A stretch of DNA of 64,000 nt from a virus. Below the pieces are notes generated by a model, which saw only the letters and a list, made by a program, of their open reading frames with translations, had not been told where the DNA came from and did no database searches. How positions within the stretch are numbered: position 1 is the first letter of the stretch; every line of letters starts with the position of its first letter. Below are positions 40,577-50,848 of this stretch, one piece after another. The DNA lies in the IMG/VR virus record IMGVR_UViG_3300047388_000292, positions 34,428-98,427 of that record, one strand, 5' to 3'. The position numbers were made by a program, and so were the translations under genes.

Positions 40577-43500
40577 TCATCGCAGACGCAGCATTTCGCC
40601 AACGGCGAGCGCGTAAACCTGAGCATCCTCGTCGCTGACAGACTCAGAGACGTAGAGGACTTCCTTGTCAGAGTCGTAACCAGCGAGCTCACCGTGTCCA
40701 TTCAGATGAACCGGGACCATAGGAACTCGCTCAACAACAAGATGATCAGTCGAAAGCGGCGAGAACCACAACGTCCCCCGTATATGCTCCTCCGCGGCAC
40801 GCGAAATCGCCTCATCGACAGATAACACTTCTCCATTTATCCTACGGCACTCACTATCCGTAAGCTGGTCACGCCCATCAGAAGCATCATGGGCCTGAAC
40901 CTGTCCTACACCCGCATCACGGAAGGCAAAGAGCGCTCCGTGGTTGTAGGCCGGCAACGCTTCAGCGAGAACAACACGCTCTGAATGGGTCTCCGCGGTG
41001 TCCGCGAAACGCTCCTCAGCATCCTTAGCCACCTTCGCCGAGTCAGTCTCCTTCTGAAGCTCTTGCTCGAGAAACGTCTGCATCTCCGCGCGAATGGTCT
41101 CATCGATTGACTGCACAACGAACGACGCCCTCTGCTGTGCGTGTTGGGCGAGCACTCCCTCATCAACCACCTCGGCGCCAAGGTGTGCCTGCTTGAGCTC
41201 GCGTCGCGCCGCCCGGATCGCGATGGCCAAGAGAATGGCTGCGATCGTCGTAGCAGCAAGGTCGGCGCTGCGTCCAGTCTGCCACGCACCCACGACAGAC
41301 GCAGCAGTACCGGCAGCAGCGATTGCCGATAGCCCAGCGGGCAGTGCCATATGTTGAGACATCGACTGCTGAGCAAGGTGTAAGACAGTCTGGTCAAGCA
41401 TCGAAACGAACGAGGAGACCTGCTCCTTGTAGCGCTCGAGCATCACCTTGCGCAGCCGCATCATCGACGCACGCACCGACGCGTCTCCGTACGCCGGCAC
41501 CCCATCGGGAAGTTCAGCGAGGAATCCCTGTCCAGAAGTCGAGAGATCAATGCGCTGCGGCGGCTGAACATAGATGAAGCCATTCTGGGTCTTCTCAACT
41601 CCCGAGTTGTAACCCTGCATCCCTACCTTGCTTGGCGGCATCTGTGCAGGCTGCATCGCTGCGGCTTCCTTGGCAATCTGCTCTAGTTGTTGCTTCTGTT
41701 GCTTCTCGGTGAGCACTGGAATACCCATGCGCTTTAGTACCTCATAGATGTTCACCGGAAGAACATTGCCTTGCACCTGTCCAACCAATTGAATTACTTG
41801 CTTCATTATTTCCGTGTCATATTCCCCAAATCCCTCCGTGACTTTCTCGCACGGTATTCCTGCGTACTCCGGGAAGTTAGACGCAATGAACTGAGGGATC
41901 ATGTGATCGTTGATCTCACGATCATTCTCATCAGCAAGCATCTGCTGAGACTCTTGATAAACCTCACCGAGCTGGATCCCCATCAATCTCGACGAACCTC
42001 CCTGCGATCCAGACGAAGAACTCTTTGTACCCTCAATGAATGCCTGCTCAGGAATGAGCATCGAATTATGAAGCACAACACCCCCGGAGATGAAGTTCTT
42101 GCGCTCGTCAGGAGCGTCAATCGCTACATCCCATACGTCCTCAATTCCGTCAAATTCTACTAAGACAACCGTGACTGCATCGCATTGCTCCTCGAATGAT
42201 GGAGTAGGACCTGATCTGGCTCCCATCAGACGTCCAGTTGTTTCATCGACATGCCCATTACGCTCACGCCATGATCGGTTGTCTCGAATTCCATGTTCAT
42301 ACCTGCACGCCTGGCACTGATACTGCCGAGACCCAGTTGGAGCATACTCGCGGCCACACTCATCGCAATGCTTGAGTTTGAAATCGACTGAAGATCTCGG
42401 AGGTAATGCGACCTCTTCCAGTTCTCCGTGATAACGAGCAAGTTGATAGTGGTTGTTGCATAGCCCGCGAGCATAGACCCGACCACTACACCCCTCTCGA
42501 TCACAATCCATAGGCGTCTCATCAAGCACACGCCGACGCTCCTCCAAGAGAAGATCATCAGCAGCATGGAGGTCAGACACCCTCGCAGCTCGTCGTTCAT
42601 CACTGATCTTCAAGTGAGATTCGCTCTGCTTTCTCCTAGTCTCCGCTCCCCAACGCCGACCAGTACGTTCAATCGCATGATGCTCTGCGCTCGTGACACC
42701 TTGAAGATTCTCGACAGCGGTGTTCGCATGCATCGCATCTACATGATGTGTATGCAATTTCTCCTCACCGCCACGTATTCCCATCCATGCAGAAACCTCG
42801 TCGTACTCCTGAGTTCTGCAACCACTATGCGATGCCGGATCCAACTTCACACGTGGCTCAAAATCACGTCGGAATTCAATCAGTCGATCGCCTTCGACCA
42901 ACTCTCCAAGAATCTTCCACTTCAAATCAGTTGTCAAAAACGGATGATTAGCAGTTCCTCGAATATCTTTCCCGTTCGACAAGTGGACCTTGAAGACTGG
43001 TTGATCTTGCTGAGTCAGCATTGCTGCTTTCACAGGGCTAAGCTCGAACCTGAGAGTCATCAAGTTGAACGTCCAGACAGGGTCTCCAGATTTCAGCATC
43101 GAGATCGGCACGCCATCAGGGAACCGTCGATGATCACGAGGACAATCGATCGGGGTATCCGCTGTGACGCAGCGGAACTTCAAGCTATCCAAGTACGAGA
43201 ACGAATGTGCAAGCTCATCGAACTTGACCGGTGGATCGTAGTAACCAGCTTCCCACTTACGATGAGTCGACTGACGCCCTTGCTCATCCATCATGAAGTC
43301 ACCCGGCCACGCCACCGTCTGGCCAGAGCGCATCTGATCACCCATCGAGAGCGCAAGTTGCTGCAGATGCTTGATCGTCGGAGTACCAGTCTCGAGACCG
43401 GGATCCTCCGGATCAAGTGCCCACGGCACATCAGTGGGGTAGTAGACATATCGAGGAGGATCAGCCGCATTCTCGAAAGCTCTGTCGGATAAAGCCCATC

Positions 43501-44587
43501 GATACCAATAGCTCCACCAGTAGCGGTACGCACGTGCCGTGCGGGGATATCCGTAAATAGATCCGAAATTACGAGTTTGTTCATTGACCGGCCACATCGC
43601 AAACTCTGATTGGATCTCAAAGCCAGGAACAACTGAGTATCCATAGAGGTTTGCGAGCCCGATCTGAATCGGGTTAGGCAACGGGACAATCGAGTAATAG
43701 AAACCAGCAAACTCTCCGCGCTGGTTCCATCTCGGCATGCAGTGCTCTGGCGCCAATACATACGGCGTATCCCACATCAGAGGTGCAACGTTGGAATCCC
43801 AGACAGGAATATCGTGCTCCGGATCATCGCCGTTGGGATCTCGATATGAAGACTTGAGTTCGCCGAGCTTGAAGCGCTTGCACATCGGCTGATATCCGTA
43901 TGGCAACTTCCCGTTGATACCTACTTGGAGCTTAGGATTGACCGGACGAAGAGCCTCATCCACAGCCGCCGCGACTTGAGCCACTGGACACTTTATATAC
44001 CACGGCGCACGAACAAGAGGAACATCCGTGAAGTGGAGCGCAAAATTGACCATCGGGTCCGTCGTCATGTCACGTAGGACACTGAACGGAAGCCGGCGTA
44101 CGGAGAAGGGATTACCAAGACGCTCGTAGAGCAGAGTCAGATTGATGAGCTCGCCCTGCGTCTGTTGACGTGCAGACGGAGCGATCGAGCGCGCGTTCCG
44201 AAGACGATCAGCTACGCCCTTGTCGATATCGACCCGGAGTGAAGCCACTTCCTCTGGCGAGAGACCTTGGACGGCCTCGTACCCACCAAACGGTGTCTGC
44301 CCGTAGGCCGGCCCTCCACCGCGTCCTACAGGAGGCGTTTGCACCCCTGTCAGCGGCGCCTCAGTCGGCGTCTGAGGACTGTAGGACATCGGACCCTCTG
44401 CCCCAGTAAATCTCGGATCCTGCGTGTTCGATCCAGGCGACGTCGACTTGAAGCTCGATTGACCTCGATCACGTCCCTCCGGCGCCGTCGATACATATCC
44501 AGGGACACGCCCTTGCGATTTTCCACCTCGAGTTGCCCGACTACGAGCGAGGAAGAGATCGAGATCGGTGAGATTGTCGCTACTCAT
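40577..44587 (-). CDS. Portal protein fused to a MuF-like head morphogenesis domain, containing an intein
   Basis: Follows TerL. Mu gp29/DUF935-like N-region and C-terminal E...AYN.G...D...D..C...NG...H MuF pattern. Confidence 0.8.
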   Translation of the reverse strand: MSSDNLTDLDLFLARSRATRGGKSQGRVPGYVSTAPEGRDRGQSSFKSTSPGSNTQDPRFTGAEGPMSYSPQTPTEAPLTGVQTPPVGRGGGPAYGQTPFGGYEAVQGLSPEEVASLRVDIDKGVADRLRNARSIAPSARQQTQGELINLTLLYERLGNPFSVRRLPFSVLRDMTTDPMVNFALHFTDVPLVRAPWYIKCPVAQVAAAVDEALRPVNPKLQVGINGKLPYGYQPMCKRFKLGELKSSYRDPNGDDPEHDIPVWDSNVAPLMWDTPYVLAPEHCMPRWNQRGEFAGFYYSIVPLPNPIQIGLANLYGYSVVPGFEIQSEFAMWPVNEQTRNFGSIYGYPRTARAYRYWWSYWYRWALSDRAFENAADPPRYVYYPTDVPWALDPEDPGLETGTPTIKHLQQLALSMGDQMRSGQTVAWPGDFMMDEQGRQSTHRKWEAGYYDPPVKFDELAHSFSYLDSLKFRCVTADTPIDCPRDHRRFPDGVPISMLKSGDPVWTFNLMTLRFELSPVKAAMLTQQDQPVFKVHLSNGKDIRGTANHPFLTTDLKWKILGELVEGDRLIEFRRDFEPRVKLDPASHSGCRTQEYDEVSAWMGIRGGEEKLHTHHVDAMHANTAVENLQGVTSAEHHAIERTGRRWGAETRRKQSESHLKISDERRAARVSDLHAADDLLLEERRRVLDETPMDCDREGCSGRVYARGLCNNHYQLARYHGELEEVALPPRSSVDFKLKHCDECGREYAPTGSRQYQCQACRYEHGIRDNRSWRERNGHVDETTGRLMGARSGPTPSFEEQCDAVTVVLVEFDGIEDVWDVAIDAPDERKNFISGGVVLHNSMLIPEQAFIEGTKSSSSGSQGGSSRLMGIQLGEVYQESQQMLADENDREINDHMIPQFIASNFPEYAGIPCEKVTEGFGEYDTEIMKQVIQLVGQVQGNVLPVNIYEVLKRMGIPVLTEKQQKQQLEQIAKEAAAMQPAQMPPSKVGMQGYNSGVEKTQNGFIYVQPPQRIDLSTSGQGFLAELPDGVPAYGDASVRASMMRLRKVMLERYKEQVSSFVSMLDQTVLHLAQQSMSQHMALPAGLSAIAAAGTAASVVGAWQTGRSADLAATTIAAILLAIAIRAARRELKQAHLGAEVVDEGVLAQHAQQRASFVVQSIDETIRAEMQTFLEQELQKETDSAKVAKDAEERFADTAETHSERVVLAEALPAYNHGALFAFRDAGVGQVQAHDASDGRDQLTDSECRRINGEVLSVDEAISRAAEEHIRGTLWFSPLSTDHLVVERVPMVPVHLNGHGELAGYDSDKEVLYVSESVSDEDAQVYALAVGEMLRLR
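42065..43171 (-). mobile_element. Intein (369 aa) with HNH-type endonuclease in the portal
   Basis: Starts C-VTADT, block B TANHPF, internal HHVD...N..VENL, ends VWDV...NFISGGVVLHN/S. Confidence 0.9.
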
Positions 44588-44771
44588 ACCAACAACCCTC
44601 CCGACCTGATGCCCGCTTGATAGTTGTCCACGGTCCGCAAAACATCGCTTGCCTTTTCCCTGTATCGATCACCTACATTGGATGCCCAATCGTTAGCTCC
44701 AATGTGATTCCCGTCCTGTTTCGCCAAACAACGTGCAACCGCATCCTCTAAACCCTGATCAAGTTGCAGAT

Positions 44772-45113
44772 TCACGGCGTCATCACGCCGTCGTTGATGT
44801 GGCCATGCCAGTTGCCGGGACCCGCACCATCACCCGCGTTGATCGACGGAGTGACGGTGATGTTCGGCGGTTCTCCGGTGACCTCCCACATGCGACCAGT
44901 AGTCGAGCCATCTATGTTCGAATCGTCGGCAACGTAGGTCGTCCACCAGATCCCGGCGCGGTTCGGGAGCACGATTACCCACGCTTCACGGCCATCACGA
45001 TCAAGGTCTGGCCAACGCCACATCGCACCTGGATCATCCATCATGATGCCTTGACTGATGTACTCAGGCTCATCGACAATGTGAAGAGTCGTGCTCATAC
45101 CGGATTGCGCCAA
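44772..45113 (-). CDS. DUF6527-like small protein
   Basis: W..TGEPPNITVTPSI......WHGHINDG. Confidence 0.5.
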   Translation of the reverse strand: MAQSGMSTTLHIVDEPEYISQGIMMDDPGAMWRWPDLDRDGREAWVIVLPNRAGIWWTTYVADDSNIDGSTTGRMWEVTGEPPNITVTPSINAGDGAGPGNWHGHINDGVMTP

Positions 45114-47056
45114 TCATTCACTCCCGGATTACCTGGGCCCATCATTCCGTAAGATCGCCGCCAATTCTCAGATTGGACACCACTCGCTGAGGTTGGAAGG
45201 ATAGCCGACAAAGCCCCGCTGTCCAACGACGCCCGCTCCTTGACAACAGGGAGCGCTCGATTGGATGTCTGGTTGCGCCCTTCCCGGCGCTCGAGCACGA
45301 TTACATTTGCCAATCCATATCTGCTCGCCGCAGGACCGTGGGTCGAATCGTCACGCACCTCTTTTCCGTCTTTTGCCCTCCACGACTCGAAGTCATCACA
45401 TAGGCTCGAGCACTTATTCACGTCGACATAGAGACGTCCATTATCCACGAGCCCCTGAATGGCATCAACCGTAGGGTCGAAGTCTCTGGAGATATACCAC
45501 TGAGTTCTGAGCGGAGGATTGTGCTCAGCCCAGTCAGCTCGTTGCTGCGCGCCGGCCATGTCGGCAAAGCGTCCGCGCACACGCCAGTTAGGAAACTGAG
45601 CTCGCCACGCTGCTTCGCGCATGCACACCATGTCGGCCAACAGAGTCGCACCAGTCCGCGGCGCCTCGATCTGATCGAAGATCACATAGGAATCCTGGGG
45701 AACAATCACCGGTTGTCCATCGAACCCCGGGAGCTCAACAGGATGATTGAGCGGGCCTTGGATCCAAACGATGACAGAGTTCGCTGCGCCACCCCAGTCG
45801 ACTCCCTGCGTCAGGCGCCCGTACTCCGGCCTCGCGATCCAACCACGCACTGTGTAACGCTGACGAGTGAAGTTCTCTAGGTAGAGACCATCTGCTAGCG
45901 GGCGCCGACACTCCATCTCTGCGTCCCACTTGACCTGAGTGTTCTGCATGAACTTACGATCAACATCACTGTGCGGCATCCACCCACGCGATTTGAAGAA
46001 ACGCCCGCGACAAACAGATTCAAGAGTGCGGTCAACACCCTCTCTCCATTCACCTTGAACTGATCGATCACATTCACAAAGCTCGCGTGGATCACGGCCA
46101 AGTTGAACAAGTCGATGTACGCGCTCGATTGGATCCGCGCATCGACAAGTTGGTTCTTCGGCGGCGATCTCTGCCACACAGTATGAGTAAAGCTTCCAAG
46201 ACGGTTTGTTCCCCTTACGAATCGCATCATTGATCCCGTCGATCAACTTCTGCATGAGCCCCTTCATCGACTTACGTGTCGACGTAGCAATGTCAAGCGC
46301 TGGGATATACCTACCATCGGTACCCTTACCGCTGGAAGACATATTCCTACTCTGCTGCCACACTTCCTCATCCATAATGTCGATCTCATCTGCGTGGACT
46401 ACGTGAGGATGAGGACTGTTGACCCCGGCTACCGTTCCGATGATGATTTCGATAATACTTCCGGTCTTCCAGTTTGTCTCAGTCCTAGTTGGGTCTCCCT
46501 CGATCTGTGGCTTCGGGATCTTATTCCCATTCTCATCACGTGTATAGATAAAGGACTTGACGTGTTTGTACGCACGCTTAGCCTGCGCCTGAACAGTCGC
46601 AAAAGTGCAAGCTTCTGAGCCAGGTTTCGTCTCCGCGTTGGCGTAGTGAAGTATCGATACTCCGAGCGTCTTCCCTGATTCTCTGCTGCCAAGTACTAAC
46701 ATCGCGTCGTGGCGATTGAAATATGCGTCCTCGATCACATCAAAAGGTGCACAATGATCTTCACACACAGCAACACGCGGAATGTCGTACCCAGTCTCTT
46801 TTATAATCCAGGCATGTAGCTCATCACCATTACGCGGAGCCCGCGGAGTCGCAACGATCGCGCGTGCCTGTTGCTCCTTCTCTATCTCCGACGAGAGTTT
46901 GCGCTGTGACGGTCGAAGTTGCCGGATAAGAGCACGCTTCTCCTCATCATCGAGATGCGGAATGCGCTTAGCAAGCTCTTCGATCTCGCCAAGATCTAAC
47001 TGACCATTTCCATTGGTCTTTTTCTTACTGCGAGACGGGGGCTTCGTAGCCGCCAA
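45095..47056 (-). CDS. terL: Terminase large subunit
   Basis: GSRESGKT Walker A, VVHADE Walker B, GVDWG RNase-H nuclease motif, D..H...A.RY. Confidence 0.9.
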   Translation of the reverse strand: MAATKPPSRSKKKTNGNGQLDLGEIEELAKRIPHLDDEEKRALIRQLRPSQRKLSSEIEKEQQARAIVATPRAPRNGDELHAWIIKETGYDIPRVAVCEDHCAPFDVIEDAYFNRHDAMLVLGSRESGKTLGVSILHYANAETKPGSEACTFATVQAQAKRAYKHVKSFIYTRDENGNKIPKPQIEGDPTRTETNWKTGSIIEIIIGTVAGVNSPHPHVVHADEIDIMDEEVWQQSRNMSSSGKGTDGRYIPALDIATSTRKSMKGLMQKLIDGINDAIRKGNKPSWKLYSYCVAEIAAEEPTCRCADPIERVHRLVQLGRDPRELCECDRSVQGEWREGVDRTLESVCRGRFFKSRGWMPHSDVDRKFMQNTQVKWDAEMECRRPLADGLYLENFTRQRYTVRGWIARPEYGRLTQGVDWGGAANSVIVWIQGPLNHPVELPGFDGQPVIVPQDSYVIFDQIEAPRTGATLLADMVCMREAAWRAQFPNWRVRGRFADMAGAQQRADWAEHNPPLRTQWYISRDFDPTVDAIQGLVDNGRLYVDVNKCSSLCDDFESWRAKDGKEVRDDSTHGPAASRYGLANVIVLERREGRNQTSNRALPVVKERASLDSGALSAILPTSASGVQSENWRRSYGMMGPGNPGVNDWRNPV

Positions 47057-47567
47057 CGCTTTCCTCTACTTCCTCCGCTTCACCATCAAAGTCATAGTCA
47101 GGAGTGTCAAACTCATCCATACCCGTCAGCTCGCGCAAAATGGAGAACAACTCGCTCGTCAGTTCGTCGCCAGCAAGCCGAGCAAGATGATCTTCTTCTT
47201 CGCGGCGCTCAGACCGGACTTTGTGCTCAGCCTCAAAAAGAAGCTTGATCGCATTCTGCCGCTGCGTAATCGGTACATCCCCCTTACCGATTTTTCCTTC
47301 GCTATCCACATTCAACGCCTGCCGAATGAGCTCATCAGCAATCTTCGCCCCGTTGACTGCCGCCTTCGCCGCAGTGATCTCGTACGCCGGCCTACGCTTG
47401 CGGCGCCCGTAACCAGCCTTCCCAGAGAGCTTACCTTGCTCAATCAAAGCCTTGGCGCGCTCAGACTGCTTCAAGCGCTCCTCGGGGTGCGCATCCCACC
47501 AAGCCTTGTCCCGCTTACCTCCAGGGGATGCTAGTTGGACGTCCGTACCAGGCTGTTCGTCTGCCAT
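47025..47567 (-). CDS. Putative terminase small subunit
   Basis: Helical 180-aa ORF immediately upstream of terL. Confidence 0.55.
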   Translation of the reverse strand: MADEQPGTDVQLASPGGKRDKAWWDAHPEERLKQSERAKALIEQGKLSGKAGYGRRKRRPAYEITAAKAAVNGAKIADELIRQALNVDSEGKIGKGDVPITQRQNAIKLLFEAEHKVRSERREEEDHLARLAGDELTSELFSILRELTGMDEFDTPDYDFDGEAEEVEESVGGYEAPVSQ

Positions 47568-47673
47568 CGTAGGACAGATCGTACCGTAGAACTCTCATCA
47601 TCTCAGTATGTGGTAGCGAGGAGGCAATGCATCCTCTCCTTCCTCGCCCTTACCTGATGCTCTGACCACAGTC

Positions 47674-48063
47674 CTACCGTTCTGTCGCTGAAATCCTTCC
47701 CATCCGCTGCTCATGACGCTCAAGATAAGCCATCATCAGCCTCGCCCACACAAACGTGATGTATCGACGAAGTCGGAAGTTGCATTGGAAACATAGAAGT
47801 CCACGAATTTCCATCGTGGCATGGTCATGATCCCTATTGAGAACCCTCCCCGGCTTCGGCGACCGACCACAGATCCCACAGACTTCACCAAACATCGCGA
47901 CGCACTCCTCATACGAAACGTCCGGCACATCACGCGGACTCGCAGCAGTCTTCGGTCGGCGCTTACCGCAAGCCACACAAATTTGAAGCCGACGCGGATT
48001 TACGTGCCCGCAGCGAATTCCATTCGTAACCCTTTTACATGTCCAAACTCGAACAGACATCAC
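47674..48063 (-). CDS. Endonuclease VII-like protein
   Basis: CGIC...DHDH....RGLLC..CN. Confidence 0.85.
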   Translation of the reverse strand: MMSVRVWTCKRVTNGIRCGHVNPRRLQICVACGKRRPKTAASPRDVPDVSYEECVAMFGEVCGICGRSPKPGRVLNRDHDHATMEIRGLLCFQCNFRLRRYITFVWARLMMAYLERHEQRMGRISATER

Positions 48064-49189
48064 TCATCGATCAGAACGCAAACGGATTTTCATCATGCGA
48101 TTGCTTCTGCATCCTCATCTGACGATGACGATCAGTCTCAGTTTCGTACGCCCAGGCAAACGGAACTACATCGTCTTCCTCAATGCAATACCCAAACTCA
48201 TCATCAAGATATGCCTCTCCGACATGACGAAGTATCTCATCGTCGTTCTCCAAACATTCCTGCTTAGAGATCAGAACAGCACCGCAAGGACAAATCATTT
48301 CCTTGCGCTTCTGCGTGAAAGCGTCACTGGAGCATCCCCAGGTCCAACGCCGACAGCAGATCACTGATGGCTTGGATCGGCCCCTCGTCATTGACAACGA
48401 CTCTCCCGCGCCGCCGCCACCGCTTTGTCCGGTCATCGCGTACGAGCAGTGCTGCACCGAACGATGGCTCCATTGAGGTTCCGATCCAGCAACGCTCAAC
48501 GTCCACGCGCCACGTTCCGGGGAGGTCTGCGAAGCTGATGCTTTGACTCATGAGCGCCTCATTTCCTCAGCCGTAGCGTTTGGGCGCAGCCGCTCGTCAT
48601 CGCCGTAGACGCGAAGAACCTGCTGACATCGAAAACGCAGCTGGCCGTGCCAGTCGCCAGTGTCCGGAACGAGCTTGAGCGCTTCGAGGAGGTTGACCGC
48701 TTCGTAGGGCGACATCGGCACGTCGGGATGCCAGCAGCTTCCTTGCGCTCGCCGGGGCGGGTACTGGTCAAGGAGCGGAGCGCCGCACTCCCGGCACGGC
48801 TTCAGGCCGTGCCAATAGTCAGACGTAATCTCTACCTGGCGCTTGTACTGTGTTGCGTCGCTTTGCTCGGGTTGTGCCACTTTTTACCCCATCGTCGGAT
48901 TGACGTACGCTCGATGTTCAGACTGCGACATGGCCCCTGGAGACGCCGAGACCGGAAGCCTGACCTTCCCAGCCGCCACATAACGCACGGCTGACGGAGC
49001 CACGAAGATCGTCCCGAAGTCTGCCTCGCACTCCACCAGCTTCCCACCCTCGATGTCAGCGACTACTTCATCCACCAGTCGCTCGACATACAAAGCATGG
49101 ATGGTGGAGTCATCGAGGTTTGCGGCGATCGTCGTAGTAGGCATGTTTGGCTCCTTGGCTGGGATGAAGACCAGTTTACGCCGCACGTC

Positions 49190-50848
49190 CTACGGCGTCC
49201 CGCGCTTCGCTGGATTCTCTTCGCCGTATCTCATCGAGAACTCTCGAGAGCACCGCTGACAGGTCAGATGAGCGTTGTCGCGGAGCACCTTGAGCTTGTT
49301 CACAACCTTGCGTACCTCATGTGCCTGCTGCTCGTACGCCTGCACTTGTGGATCCACGTCAATGAGAGCCTGCATCTGATCCTTCGTTGGTGCTTTGCCC
49401 TCACGAGGCAAATTACGCACCTCGGCTCCACGCACGTTCTTCAACCGCTCGAGATCATCGATCTCATCCTCGTGCTGAGAGATGACCCAATTGAGCCGAC
49501 TCTCGACAGCGTGGAATCGTCCGTGAACCGAGCGAAGCTCCTCGTCGGAGATCTTCGAGATGTCTCCCGGCAACTTTGGAGGATCATCGATGTCGGGCGG
49601 AATCGGAGCCTTCTCCCTCGCGATAACCGCCATCGCCCGCTCAGATCCGGATGCAACCTGCACGGACGGAGGAATGATCGGCACACCGGCAGCCGCCGCA
49701 CGCTCCTTCGTCTCGCCGGGGACAGCGAGACTGGGCGGTGAAAGAAGTGCGACGGCTTGGGGCAGTGCCGGCGGGGTAGGAGAAAATGCCGCAGATGGAT
49801 CCAAGAAGCTCTCGCCCTGCGGTCTGGTAGTTGGGCCGGCGGGGTAGGAGATCATCTCCCCGAGCTCGACGTCTGAGAGGTTGACGACATCGACGCGGCC
49901 ACGACGCCAAGCCTTGAGCATGGGCCCGGTAATCTGCTCCTCGAGCTTCGCGCGCTCAGCCGAAATACCAGCAGATACTGGCTGCTGAGCTACACCAGGC
50001 GCAGCAAGCATAAGCTCAATGTGCTCGGTGGGCATCTGCTCGAGATCTTGGAAAGTCTTGCCGTACGTCTCGAGCACACCCAGCGTGACATGACGCATCA
50101 ACGCAGCACGCCGCTCATCTTCCGTAAGCGCTTGAGCGGCAGGTCCCGGCCCTTGCTGACTCGGTTGAGGAGTTTCATGCCCTGGGTCAACGGGGGCATT
50201 GGCGAGGGGCCGAGGCTGTCCTGCAGCGTCAATGCCTCCCGTAGGTAGCTGCTGTCCTGCGACTTCTGGATCCGGTGAAGATGGAATAGTCGGTCCCGCC
50301 GATATCGCAGGCGGTTGGGGTGGCGCCGCTGCCGTCGGCGCTGGCGGTGGGACTTGGGCTTGCGGCTGCGTACCGATGCCACTCTGTCTCCTTATCTGCT
50401 CGGCTCGATGACGTTCGATCTCCACCTTGACCGCTGGGATGCCTTGGTTGGGCATCAGCGCTTCAAGGATCTGAGAAAGCTGTTCGTCCGTCAGCGCCGC
50501 GAGCTGGGGGTCTGACCCATTCGGTTGCGCCGGCGGCGCCATAGGCGCAGGAGCGAACGCTGCGGCCGGATCAACCGTAGGCTGCGCAGCAGGCGGATCC
50601 GGAACACTATCGGACTTCTGGTCTACATCAGCGAGAAGACAGATCTGACTGACTTCTTCCCGCGTATTTCCGTTGTCCCGCGCTCTGCGTGCCTGATACA
50701 CCATCGTCGCTGCATCAGTCCTTCTCATCTCAGGATCAGTCGGGACCGAACCGTCATACATTCCTGCCTTGATCAAGTAGTCGATGATCGCGTCTACCTG
50801 CTCATCGTTCAAAACTACCTGCTGAATCGGATCAGTCGTTGCTGACAC
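49190..50848 (-). CDS. Pro/Gln-rich protein with a C-terminal coiled coil (possibly UvsY-like mediator)
   Basis: In the recombination operon. The C-terminal helical region 'LIDVDPQVQAYEQ...' is only weakly suggestive. Confidence 0.4.
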   Translation of the reverse strand: MSATTDPIQQVVLNDEQVDAIIDYLIKAGMYDGSVPTDPEMRRTDAATMVYQARRARDNGNTREEVSQICLLADVDQKSDSVPDPPAAQPTVDPAAAFAPAPMAPPAQPNGSDPQLAALTDEQLSQILEALMPNQGIPAVKVEIERHRAEQIRRQSGIGTQPQAQVPPPAPTAAAPPQPPAISAGPTIPSSPDPEVAGQQLPTGGIDAAGQPRPLANAPVDPGHETPQPSQQGPGPAAQALTEDERRAALMRHVTLGVLETYGKTFQDLEQMPTEHIELMLAAPGVAQQPVSAGISAERAKLEEQITGPMLKAWRRGRVDVVNLSDVELGEMISYPAGPTTRPQGESFLDPSAAFSPTPPALPQAVALLSPPSLAVPGETKERAAAAGVPIIPPSVQVASGSERAMAVIAREKAPIPPDIDDPPKLPGDISKISDEELRSVHGRFHAVESRLNWVISQHEDEIDDLERLKNVRGAEVRNLPREGKAPTKDQMQALIDVDPQVQAYEQQAHEVRKVVNKLKVLRDNAHLTCQRCSREFSMRYGEENPAKRGTP

